A stretch of 64,000 nucleotides of DNA. Origin: Hormoscilla sp. (GTDB lineage Bacteria > Cyanobacteriota > Cyanobacteriia > Cyanobacteriales > Desertifilaceae). The stretch lies in the NCBI GenBank assembly GCA_051439505.1, contig JBFRWI010000151.1, positions 19,413 through 83,412 of the forward strand. The letters are read 5' to 3'. A model generated the notes under the pieces. The model ran no database searches. It was not told where the DNA came from and worked only from the letters and a program-made list of their open reading frames with translations. The number at the start of each line of letters is the position of its first letter. The first letter of the stretch is position 1. A program made the position numbers and the translations under genes. Shown piece by piece: positions 10,856-21,700 of the stretch.

Positions 10856-12082
10856 ATGAAAACCTCTACCATGAAAACCTCTCTAAAACGCTTTGCTGCT
10901 CTGACCGCTGCTACCCTCTCTACAGTAAGTGCGATCGCCCCATCTGTGGCGGCAACCTTTGCCCAACGGGAAGTCGAACAAGACAACTTTATCGCGGTGG
11001 CTGCACCTCGTGGTATTGTTGGTTATCAACTGTTCGTGCTGGAACAAAAATCTAACCAACGTGCTTGCTGGAGTGAAACTCCACAAGCTGATGGGACAAC
11101 TCTTGTAGACCCATTGCTGCTAAACTTTGACTTCACTGGAATTTGCGGACGGGGCACCGACAGTAATGGCTTTTCCATCCGGGCGGCAGGTCAAGACATG
11201 GCCTTGAAATACAGTCTCCGCGTCCAGGAACGGAATGGGGATCTCGTACTCCTGGGAGTTCCCGATGACCGGAATTCCCCAGAACTGGAAATTGGTCGCA
11301 CCAATGGCGTCAAAAAAGATTACGTCAAAATTGAACTCAATCCCGGTTGGCGCTTTAGCAAACGAACCTACGAGGGCAAGGAGCTGGGTCACATCTATTT
11401 TACCAACAATCTTGACCCGATCGCGATCGCCAATGGTCAGGTAGATAATACGATTCCGGACATTCCCAACCCCACCCCCAGCTTCGGTGACATCGCCAAT
11501 GACATCTATGAGGATGAAATTAACGCCGCAGTTGACCTGGGATTCATCTCTGGTTTTGCTGAAGACAATACCTTCCGCCCCCAAGTGGCTTTAACTCGCG
11601 AGCAACTGGTCTCGATGATCTTGGAATCTCTGAGCGGGCTACCGGGTGCCAACATCAACATTCCCACTCAAGCTTTCTCTAATCCTTATCCTGATGTGGA
11701 GACTTCACGCTGGAGTGCGGCCAAGATTCAATGGGCGAAAGATAATAACATTGTCAGCGGTTACACTGACGGAACATTCCGCCCGGCACAACCCGTGACG
11801 CGAGCTGAACTGATGGCCATACAACGGCGTGCTGCTGAGTTTGCCAAGGGTATGAGTGGGCTTCCTCAACAACTGACCGCCAAACAGCCTGTCACTAATT
11901 TCTCGGATACTGACAATCACTGGGCAGATCCTGTCATCTCTCAAATGTCTTCCTACTGCTCTGTGGCCTCGCCGCTGAATGAAATAGGCGATCGCTTTGT
12001 CCCTGACGATTATGCTCGCCGCAACTATGCAGCAGCATCAACTCTGCGGATGCTCAACTGCGTTAAGTCTGAGTCTTTCTAA
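10856..12082 (+). CDS. DUF3747 domain protein with C-terminal S-layer homology (SLH) domains
   Basis: Signal peptide; VDPLLLNFDFTGICGR.TDSNG.SIR (DUF3747); SLH motifs FRP...LTREQ and GY.DGTFRP..PVTRAE. Confidence 0.88.
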   Translation: MKTSTMKTSLKRFAALTAATLSTVSAIAPSVAATFAQREVEQDNFIAVAAPRGIVGYQLFVLEQKSNQRACWSETPQADGTTLVDPLLLNFDFTGICGRGTDSNGFSIRAAGQDMALKYSLRVQERNGDLVLLGVPDDRNSPELEIGRTNGVKKDYVKIELNPGWRFSKRTYEGKELGHIYFTNNLDPIAIANGQVDNTIPDIPNPTPSFGDIANDIYEDEINAAVDLGFISGFAEDNTFRPQVALTREQLVSMILESLSGLPGANINIPTQAFSNPYPDVETSRWSAAKIQWAKDNNIVSGYTDGTFRPAQPVTRAELMAIQRRAAEFAKGMSGLPQQLTAKQPVTNFSDTDNHWADPVISQMSSYCSVASPLNEIGDRFVPDDYARRNYAAASTLRMLNCVKSESF

Positions 12083-12102
12083 CCTCTCTAAATTTGATTA
12101 GT

Positions 12103-12174
12103 TGTAGGGTGGGCATTGCCCACCTTACTTATTTTTTTTGCGTAGGGTGGGCATTGCCCACCTTACTTATTTTT
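12103..12174. repeat. Two tandem GTAG-type REP palindromes followed by T-tracts (possible terminator)
   Basis: GTAGGGTGGGCATTGCCCACCTTACTTATTTTTT twice; same family at 49242-49295 and near 55835, 55955, 57888, 58068. Confidence 0.75.
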
Positions 12175-12392
12175 TGGGTATCATAGCATTTGCTAGACTG
12201 GCAATCAATACTCTGGAACATAATAGGATCGATCCTGCTGCGCACTTCGCGATCGTTCACCGGGACCTCACCAGAGAGCGGGTGAGGTAACAAAAGTCTT
12301 GACCAGACGATCTTTAAACTCTTGAACATCCCGAACGAGGAGATATATTTATGAAAGGCGATCGGCATATCCATCCTAGAGGGAAAGAGGAG

Positions 12393-12543
12393 CAGGGCAC
12401 TGGTTGCTGTCTGATTAATAAAACTGCTGAAACTCTTACATAATTATATAACTTACATAACAGGGTGCGCGTTGATTTCAGAGAAAATAGCTATATCCTT
12501 TACTGGCTGAGGGTTTCTTTTAATTAGACTGAACCAGTCCCTG
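12393..12543. mobile_element. Putative MITE with imperfect terminal inverted repeats
   Basis: CAGGGCACTGGTTGCTGTCTGATTAA ... TTAATTAGACTGAACCAGTCCCTG; no ORF. Confidence 0.5.
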
Positions 12544-12719
12544 TGCTGGATCTCCTGGGTCGATCGTGTAAAATGTGTAAAATGTATAGCACAATACATC
12601 TTAGCCCCAAAAAGGCTAAAATCCTTGATTTTGCCTGGATATAATATTTACTTATCACCCAAAACCCAGGAGACCCACTGTGCTAAACTAGCAGGACAGT
12701 AAATCAGGGGAGAAAGAAG

Positions 12720-13367
12720 TTGCCAAACTTAGAAATATTGATTGTTGACGACCACCATCTGCTGCTGAATGGTACGATCGCCCTGGTGCGCGATCGCTTT
12801 CCTCATGCGGATATCGTCTCTACCCGCACGGTCCGAGAAACCCTCGATCGGGTGTCCGGAAGGATGCCAGATCTGGCCATCGTAGACTTATCTATTCCCG
12901 ATACATTGGGGAGTGAGGCCACCGTTAGCAATGGATTAAAATTGTTACAACAGTTAATGTCAAAGTATCCCGAGCTAAATTTGATGATCCAAAGCAGCTA
13001 CGTCAAAGCATTAATTCGCATTCAGCCAGAAATCGAAAATCACCAAGGAGGATTTACCATTGTGGACAAAAGTCTTCCTGTAGAGGTATTCGTGAAGCGC
13101 ATGGAATGGGCCTTAGAAGGGTTAACTCATACCAAAGACATGCAAACCGATCTGGAATTAAAACCGGAATGGCTAGAAACCCTAGAACTAGCATTTAATC
13201 AAGGGCTGCAAGACAAAGCGATCGCCATAGCAATGTTCAAATCAGAACGGAACATTCGCCATTACTGGACGAAAATTCAAGACGCCCTGGGAGTGTACCC
13301 AGAAGAAGGAAAAAACCTTCGCAGTCTCACCCAAATTCGCGCCCGAGAACTGGGGTTGCTCGACTGA
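12720..13367 (+). CDS. NarL/LuxR-like DNA-binding response regulator
   Basis: ILIVDDH, AIVDLSIP receiver Asp, C-terminal HTH GLQDKAIA..M..SERNIRHYWTKIQDALG. Confidence 0.9.
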   Translation: MPNLEILIVDDHHLLLNGTIALVRDRFPHADIVSTRTVRETLDRVSGRMPDLAIVDLSIPDTLGSEATVSNGLKLLQQLMSKYPELNLMIQSSYVKALIRIQPEIENHQGGFTIVDKSLPVEVFVKRMEWALEGLTHTKDMQTDLELKPEWLETLELAFNQGLQDKAIAIAMFKSERNIRHYWTKIQDALGVYPEEGKNLRSLTQIRARELGLLD

Positions 13368-13403
13368 TTGTTCTGCTATGCTACTGAGGAGTTTTATCTT
13401 GCC

Positions 13404-14699
13404 ATGTCACGCGAAATTTACATTGCCGAGTTTTATAAGCAAACTAGATACAATACTTTGCTGGTCTGTTTGCTATTACTATTTTTGAGTTCGACATTAG
13501 CTAGCCTTTTTAACTATTTGGAGCCCAACCTTCTGACCATTTACTTAAAATGCCCCCTCTATCTGGGGATCGGCTCCTTATGTTTAGCCATTTATCTCTA
13601 CTTCCATCCCGAACGCATAGAGCTCATTTCCCGGCTTGTCAAGTATGGGATTTGGGTAGGGGTGTTCGTTCCCATCAATCTGTTTGTCCTGGCAGCAAGT
13701 TTTTTTCCTGACAAAACTCTGATCGACATCCTACCGCCACCGCTTTTTGCAGGAAATTTTCAGTTTACCTTGAGCCTTTTTATATTTTTAAGACATCGAA
13801 ATTGGCGAGTAAACGCCCTCGTGATTTGGTTTTTAGTTGCGGCTCCCGTGCTGTTATATCTGTTGCTCCATCCGATAGAATTGCAATTTCTACGAGGAAA
13901 AGATTTAGCCTTTGCTTTCGGTCCGGCTTTAGGAGGAAACCTCATTTTAGTTGCTTTTATCATGCACATCCAAGAATTAATTGAAAAACTCTTTGCCGAG
14001 CGGATCGAGCACTATGAGGAAATTGTAGAGCGGCAAACAATACGCCAGGAATGCATAGAAGAAGCCTTTGCACTCATTCATAACGGCCCGTTACAAACTC
14101 TGGCCCTACTGCTGCGGGAAGCCAGACAACAGGACATTCCCAAAGCAGAACTGATCGATCGCCTGGATCGGCTGAATGCTGAAATTCGCGCCATCGGAGG
14201 TCTGACGGCCCAAATGCCAGCAATGGATCCGACAGCTACCAGTGAAACCTTGCATTTAGGAGATGGAACGAATATCGATCTCGACAATCCCCTGCACCTG
14301 TTATTACGAGAAGTTTATACCCACACCTTAGGTCGAGATCTGCCTCACTTCCAAAAAGTGCGGGTCAAAGTGCGGGACTTTCAGGCTTTGGGAGAAATTC
14401 TATCCAACGATCTGAAGCGAGAATTGTGTTTGTGGCTGGAAGAGGCCCTCTGCAATGTGGGAAAACATGCTGTGGGGGCGACGCGCATTACGGCAACGGG
14501 ACGATTTCAGGGCGATCGCTACGTACTGAAAGTAGAAGATAACGGCCCGGGATTGGCAGGGAAAAAGCGCAGTTCGGGCACCAAAAACAGCGAGGCTTTA
14601 GCCGGGCGACTGGGAGGTAGTTTTCGGCGATCATCTTTGCCCCAAGGTGGGACGAGCTGCGAGTTATCTTGGCCCTTTAATGTCACCTATATCAGGTAA
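13404..14699 (+). CDS. Membrane sensor histidine kinase-like protein (HisKA_3-like H box + HATPase)
   Basis: 5-6 TM helices, IHNGPLQTL H-box, EEALCNVGKHA N-box, VEDNGPG G1; ATG at 13404 follows GAGGAG. Confidence 0.85.
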   Translation: MSREIYIAEFYKQTRYNTLLVCLLLLFLSSTLASLFNYLEPNLLTIYLKCPLYLGIGSLCLAIYLYFHPERIELISRLVKYGIWVGVFVPINLFVLAASFFPDKTLIDILPPPLFAGNFQFTLSLFIFLRHRNWRVNALVIWFLVAAPVLLYLLLHPIELQFLRGKDLAFAFGPALGGNLILVAFIMHIQELIEKLFAERIEHYEEIVERQTIRQECIEEAFALIHNGPLQTLALLLREARQQDIPKAELIDRLDRLNAEIRAIGGLTAQMPAMDPTATSETLHLGDGTNIDLDNPLHLLLREVYTHTLGRDLPHFQKVRVKVRDFQALGEILSNDLKRELCLWLEEALCNVGKHAVGATRITATGRFQGDRYVLKVEDNGPGLAGKKRSSGTKNSEALAGRLGGSFRRSSLPQGGTSCELSWPFNVTYIR

Positions 14700-15065
14700 A
14701 ATAACTCGATCGTCCCCCAAATATTCAATGCCTTCAGCAACCTCTTTGTATACCTGACACAGATATTCCCGCAGCAGCTGTGCGGACATGGGGTTTCTAT
14801 CCGTTTCGCGAATCAGAAACGCCAGGGTTTGTAAAGGGCGATCGTGCAATTGACAAAAGCAACGGTTCATCAGTTCGCGATCGCGGCGAATGCAAGCTTG
14901 GAGAAATTGCATTTTATTCCATAGATGGTGAAAGTACCAAGCTCCGATGGCCAAACTAGCCACCATCGCCGCGATCGCCACCATCGCCACCATCGCCCCA
15001 TAGGCCATCCCAGCCATCCCTAACATTATAGACATTAAACGATACCAAAATCCACAGCCAGGCAT
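14664..15065 (-). CDS. Small membrane protein with H-box helix only (no ATPase domain)
   Basis: TM segment then LHDRPLQTLAFLIRE, paralleling IHNGPLQTLALLLRE of the neighbouring kinase; start uncertain. Confidence 0.6.
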   Translation of the reverse strand: MPGCGFWYRLMSIMLGMAGMAYGAMVAMVAIAAMVASLAIGAWYFHHLWNKMQFLQACIRRDRELMNRCFCQLHDRPLQTLAFLIRETDRNPMSAQLLREYLCQVYKEVAEGIEYLGDDRVILPDIGDIKGPR

Positions 15066-15082
15066 CCGTTATGGCCAGCCTT

Positions 15083-15319
15083 AATACTTCTCGGTTAATA
15101 ACTTGTCATTGCGAGGGGGGGAACCTAAATCAACATTGTGAGTACCTTCGCTTATATCCCCCCCCGAAGCAATCTCACCTCTGACACCAAACCGATCTTC
15201 CTCTCATACAGGGCGGGAGGATTGCTTCGGGGGGGTTAACTCGGTTGAGCATAAGTTAATCGCTATGTACCCCCCCCCTCGCAATGACAGACAGATCAGA
15301 TCCTTAACAGAGAAGTATT
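15083..15319. mobile_element. Palindromic MITE-like element (GTCATTGCGAG...GAAGCAATC...GATTGCTTC...CTCGCAATGAC core)
   Basis: TIRs AATACTTCTCGGTTAA/TTAACAGAGAAGTATT; flanking direct repeat TTATGG(C/T)CAGCCTTAA. Confidence 0.8.
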
Positions 15320-15377
15320 ATGGTCAGCCTTAAGAATCAGTATCTCAGAGAGACCGGCAAGTCCCATTACCGAAAAC

Positions 15378-15417
15378 TGCCAACTTACTTTGCACTTTTC
15401 TGCAAAGTAAGTTGGCA
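15378..15417. promoter_or_regulatory. Perfect 17-bp inverted repeat upstream of the giant gene (candidate operator or hairpin)
   Basis: TGCCAACTTACTTTGCA-CTTTTC-TGCAAAGTAAGTTGGCA. Confidence 0.55.
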
Positions 15418-15732
15418 CAAAAGTGTAATGACTTCGACGGGCGGACGAGCAACAATGAAATCGTGAGCCGTTATCGATGGTGCCAATCTGGGGTACCAGG
15501 GTTCAAACCTTTGCACGATCAAGGCCCCCGGAAAATATGAAGATTACATTAAGGAATTCACTCCTTATTCTCCAGATAGTTCAAACTAGAACAGCAGCTT
15601 GGGTTATAGCCTTGTTGAGGTGAATATCGAAAATATCAAAAGACTTATGCCCCCTTATGCCCTGGTACTTATTACATTCGATCTCATGCCGTCGATCGTC
15701 TCGTTCAAATCATCGTTGCATCTGATAAACCC

Positions 15733-18700
15733 ATGTCTATGAACGCCAATATTTCTCTAGAAACTTCTGCCGCTAACCTCAATAGGGCCATTTCCGAGAC
15801 CCAAGCACTCCTCAAAGCATTCGTGAGGGACGATCGCTTTCGGGTAGAGGACCTGACAAATGCCTTTCACGCGGGGGTACATGAGGAGGAGTTCTCCCAA
15901 CTGCTCGGACAGTTTGAGCTTGGGGACTTCAGCGGGTTGCCCAATATTGAGATGCGATCGCGATCGGACACCGGTGGTGCCCTGGGGGTCTACGTCGCGG
16001 ACACGGATATGATTTATCTGGCGGAGGACTTTTTGGAGAACAGCACCATCTCCCAAATTGTGGAAGTGCTGCTGGAGGAAATAGGCCACGCGATCGATGC
16101 CCGCATAAACGCTACAGATAGTGCGGGGGATGAGGGGGCGATTTTCTCGGCTTTGGTGCGCGGGGTAGATCTGAGTGAGGCCCAGTTGGAGGCGTTACAC
16201 CGGGAAAACGATCGCATCCAACTGGTGATTGACGGTCAAACAGTGATGGCAGAGGCGGCCACGATTATGGTGGATACCCTAAATGATACGGAAGATTCTG
16301 GTGATGGAGTGACGAGTTTGCGGGAAGCATTGGCCAGTGCGACCAGCGGTGACACCATTACCTTTGATTCTGGGGGAACGATTACTCTGGGGGGATCCCA
16401 GTTGGAGATTACGAAGGATGTGACGATCGATGGCGATATCGATAATGAAGGTACGCCGGATATCACTATTGATGCCGATGGTCAAAGCCGCGTGTTTAAT
16501 ATTGATGATGGAAGCACCACACAGATTGCCGTGTCCTTGGAGGGTCTGACGATAACGGGGGGTAGCATCTCGGGAAATGATGATGGTGGTGGGATTTACA
16601 ACAGCGAATCTCTCAGCATAACTAATAGCACGATTAGTAATAACTCGACTGGAACTGGAAATAATCCCCGCGGTGGGGGCATTAACAATAATTCGGGTAT
16701 AGTGGTCATCACCAATAGCACGATCAGCGGCAATTCGGCAGGTGCTGATGGTGGGGGAATTGAGAATTTTCTGGGTACGATGACCATCGCCAACAGCACG
16801 ATAAGTAACAATTCGGCGGCAGGTTATGATGGTGGGGGTATTGATAATATTGTGGGTACGATGACCATCGCCAACAGCACGATAAGTGGCAACTCGGCAG
16901 GTGATGATGGTGGTGGGGTTAAGAACAGTGGTATGATAACCATCACCAACAGTACGATAAGTGGCAATTCGGCAGGTGATGATGGTGGTGGGGTTAACGT
17001 TAGCAGCAGCGGCCTAAGCGGATTCATTCCCTATGCCTATCTGGCTAGTACGATCGTGGCAGACAACACTGCTGGAATCAGTGATAACGATCTTTTTGTT
17101 GATGCGAGTGGCACGATCAGTGCTAGGAACAGTCTCATAGAAAGGGACTCTGACCAAATTAACGGCACGAACACTGACAATATTACTGGAGTAGACCCGC
17201 TTCTGGACCCCAATGGATTGCAAGATAACGGCGGTTCGACAGAGACGATCGCCCTCCAATCTGATTCGCCAGCGATAGATACTGGCAGCAACCCGAATGG
17301 TTTAACTAGCGACCAGCGGGGGGATAATTTGCGGGAGTTCGGGGCCGGGGTTGATATCGGCGCGTTTGAATATCAGCTCCAGATCGCCAGCATTTCAGAC
17401 TATACAGCGACTATATACGAAACCAGTGCTGACTTTGGCAAAGCCCTGGCTCTTGACGGTGATGAAGATTATGTGGCCTTACCGGAACTGGGATTCTCAG
17501 GAGGAAATACCAGTGTTTCTGTTTCTGCATGGTTTAAGGTCAACGAGTCTGCCGGAGAGAGAAACAATATATTTGGCTTTGGTCAGGATGGCTCGACCCG
17601 TGAGACTTTCTCTATTCGTACCAGAGGAGATGGTGGCTTCCGTTTTTACTTCTGGGGAGATGACCTGGATGTAGATGTAGATCCTTATTATGGAGAATGG
17701 ACCCATGTAGCCGCCACCTACGATGATACTAGCGAAATGCAATCGGTATACGTGAATGGCAGCTTGGCGGGCGAACGCCAGGTTAGCAGTACACCGAATT
17801 TTGCCAATAAAAGTTATCGCATCGGCGGTTTCAACGATGAATATTTTGATGGCAGCATTGATGAAGTGCGGATTTGGGAGGCGGCCCTCACTGCCGAAGA
17901 AATACAGGATAATCTCTACAGCCCCCTCACTGGTACGGAAAAAGACCTGGTGGCTTACTACAGCTTTGAGGATGATGCTACGACGATCGCGGATCAAAGT
18001 GGCAATGAAAATAACGGGACTCTCCAAGGCGGTGCGTTTGATGAATCTTTGTCTTTTATAGGCTACGTGGACCTGGAACTCAGCAGTGAAGTCTTTTCGG
18101 AGCCGGGAATTATCGTTAATTATACGATCGAGAGCGATACGGCATCAGAGGGAGATGACTTCTATCAATCCCAGTTGGATATCAGCACTACCGATGGAGT
18201 TGACCCCACTAACTCGATTTTCATTCCCCAAGGAGAAGATACGGGCCGGATTTATTTGACCGCCCTGCCCGATGCGATCGCGGAAGACGACGAAGAATTA
18301 ACCCTGCGACTGGTTTCCGACTTTGACGATGCCCTATCTCTGGATGGGGATGGAGATTATGTAGATGTCCCTGATGGAACCTGGTTTAATGGAGATTTGA
18401 CCATAGAAGCTTGGGTATATGTACGCAACTATAACAATTGGTCGCGCCTCCTAGATTTTGGCAATGGTCGAGCCGATGATAATGTGTTGGTTGCCTTGTC
18501 GAATGGTACGAGTGGACAACCTCGTTTTGGTGTTCATCTTGGTGATGACCCAAGCAATTTAGAATCCCCAGTTCAACTGCCACTGGACAGTTGGAGTCAT
18601 ATTGCAGTTACTCTCAGCAATACCACAGGCATTATGTACATCAACGGCGAACAGGTAGCCATTAATGAGGCTATGAATATTCCCGCTGGTGAGACACGCA

Positions 18701-21700
18701 CGCAAAACTATCTTGGTCGTAGTAATTGGAGTAGCGATGCTGATGCCGATGCTCTATTTGATGATGTGCGCATTTGGGACGTTGCTCGCACCGAAGAAGA
18801 AATCAAAGCTAACCGCTACAATACCCTAGTAGGCGACGAAGATAATTTAGTTGCCTACTACAGGTTTGATGACGGCTATGTGAGTATAGCAACTACTGAG
18901 GATGCAACCGTTGAGGATGTCACGGGTAATGGTAATGATGGCAAATTTCGGGGGGATGCCACTATCACCGCTGATAACTCTGACCGGAACAATGTTCTCA
19001 CTCTAGATGGGGATGGGGATTATATTGAATTACCAAACCTGGAACTCTCAGGAGATACTAGCGTTTCCGTGTCGGCATGGATTAACGTAAACGCAGGCGC
19101 TGAAGACAGAAACAATATATTTGGCTTTGGTAACGCTGGTGAGAACGGTGAGGTTTTCTCTATTCGTACCAGAGGAGATGGTAGCTTCCGTTTTTACTTC
19201 TGGGCAGATGACCTGGATGTAAATGTAAATGATTACTACGGAACATGGACTCATGTAGCCGCCACCTACGATGCTACTAGCGGAATGCAATCGGTATACG
19301 TGAATGGCAGCTTGGTAGGCGAGCCCCGCGTCGCCACGCCGGATTTTGCCAATGACAATTATCGGATCGGTGGTTTCAACGATGAATATTTTGATGGTAG
19401 CCTTGATGACGTAGGCATTTGGAATAAGGCCCTCAATAGTGAAGAAATAGATGATATTATCAACAATAATATCACAGAGGATGGATTATTAGCCTACTAT
19501 GACTTTGATAAGTATCGAGTCCAGGATGCCACGGGTAACGGCAACGATGGCATCTTCTATGGTGGTGTTACCGAAGAGAGCGTTTATAACGATCCGTTCT
19601 CGATCGATGGAGAAGGTCCTACCTACGAAGTAGACAGCGCTCAGTCTGCCACCATTACGATCGCGGACAGCAACGCTTACACCCCAGGGGTCATAGTTGC
19701 GGACCTCTTTAATGATGAAATCTCCAGCGACCAAACTGAAAATCTCATCAACATAATTGATGACAGTTGGGAGTTCCAGGTGAAACTGGCTAGCGAACCC
19801 ACAGAAGATGTCACCATTGACCTCAGCACGACTTTGGGCAATCTCGATACGAACAGCCTGACCTTCACCTCGGACGACTGGACCCGCTATCAAACCGTCA
19901 CCGTTACCAATTTCTCTAGCGAGGCGGCTTTCGATCTGAGTGTCACCGCCACCAGCAACGATGCAAATTACAGCAGCGCGGAAACCATCGCCATTACTCC
20001 TACAGATGAGGTGCTCAAGCTGGCGGTCACCGAAGGAGGCACTACCCAGGAAGCACCCATTATTCCGGTTGGCGTCGATGGCACCAGTAACGCGATCGAG
20101 GACAGCGACGAACCGGGGATCTTCACTATTACCTTGGGAGATGAGGCCCCAGAAGAGGGTCTGCGAATTCCCTTTAGCGTCACCAGCGACACAGATACAG
20201 ACTTTGAAGTTGTAGGGGATGAGTTCAGTCTGAATGAAGCCTTCACCTTCGATGGTGTAGACGACTACATTGAATTCAGCGATAGTTCTGTGGGGGGTGC
20301 CTTCGATGGAGGAAGTTCCGCCTTCTCGATTACCGGTTGGATTAACCCCGATGCCCTGGGTTCCACCGTTCTGGCCAATGCCTCTTCCAGCGCTGCGGGC
20401 AACATTGAGTTGGGAATTGATGCCAGTGGCAACCTGAATCTCACCCTCGATACGGACGCCGACACCGATACAACCCTCAACCTGGGGAATGGCGCGATCG
20501 CGGCTGGGGATTGGCAGTTTTTTGGTCTCACATTGGATGATAGTAATAATGGCCTAGAGCTTGACGGCATTGATGATTATGTCGAGTTGAATCCCATTCC
20601 AGCCACAATCGCTGCTGGAGAAGCCTTAACCATTGAGCATTGGATCAAGCCCGATGCCACAGATGCTCAAATCCTCTTTTATACAGGGGATAACACGGAT
20701 GAAAACGGTTTTAATGGTAATGGTTCTCACCTACATACCGGAATCAACAGCGGTGGCAGCTTTACTTTTGTTTATGATGATGATGACAACGATCTGATCT
20801 TGATCGCCGATACAAGCCTAAATGCGGGGCAATGGTATCACCTGGCGGTAAGCTTTGAGTTAGGCTCCTCCGATGCAGATGGCGAGTTGAAAATGTACAT
20901 TGATGGGGAGCAGGTGACGTTCGAGGGCGGTCAGTCCAGTTTGGCAATTAATTCTTTAGCGACGACAAATCTGGATTTTAGCCGTTTTGGACGACCGGGA
21001 AGCAGTGAAAGATACTTTGATGGGGAGGTAGACGAACTCCGAGTTTGGAACGTCGTGCGCACGGCATCCGAAATCGAGAATAACCGCTTTGTAAGCCTCA
21101 CTGGCAACGAACCTGGCTTGGTTACCTACTATACCTTTGATGAAAGGGATGATGGGACGATCGCCGATGGCAGTGGCAATGGCAACGATGGCACGATCGA
21201 GGGATCCCCGAGTTTCGCTCCTTCCCTGGGAACGGTCACCGCTTACATAAATCAACCCGATGAGAGTAATAATGCCCTAGAGCTTGACGGCATTGATGAT
21301 TATGTCGAGTTGAATCCCATTCCAGCCACGATCGCTGCTGGAGAAGCCTTAACCATTGAGCATTGGGTCAAGCCCGATGCCACAGATGCTCAAATCCTCT
21401 TTTATACAGGGGATGACACAGATGAAAACGGTTTTAATGGTCCTGGTTCTCACCTACATACCGGAATCAACAACGGTGGCAGCTTTACTTTTGTTTATGA
21501 TGATGATGACAACGATCATATCTTGATCGCCGATACAAGCCTAAATGCGGGGCAATGGTATCACCTGGCGGCAAGCTTTGAGTTAGGCTCGGACGATGAA
21601 GATGGCGAGTTGAAAATGTACATTGATGGGGAGCAGGTGACGTTTAATGGCGGTCAGTCCAGTTTAGCAATTGATTCTTCAGCGACGACAGCGCTGAATT

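Noticed and set aside
16075..16089. EEIGH as an active zinc-protease site
   Set aside because: First His of HExxH is replaced by Glu; activity cannot be supported from sequence
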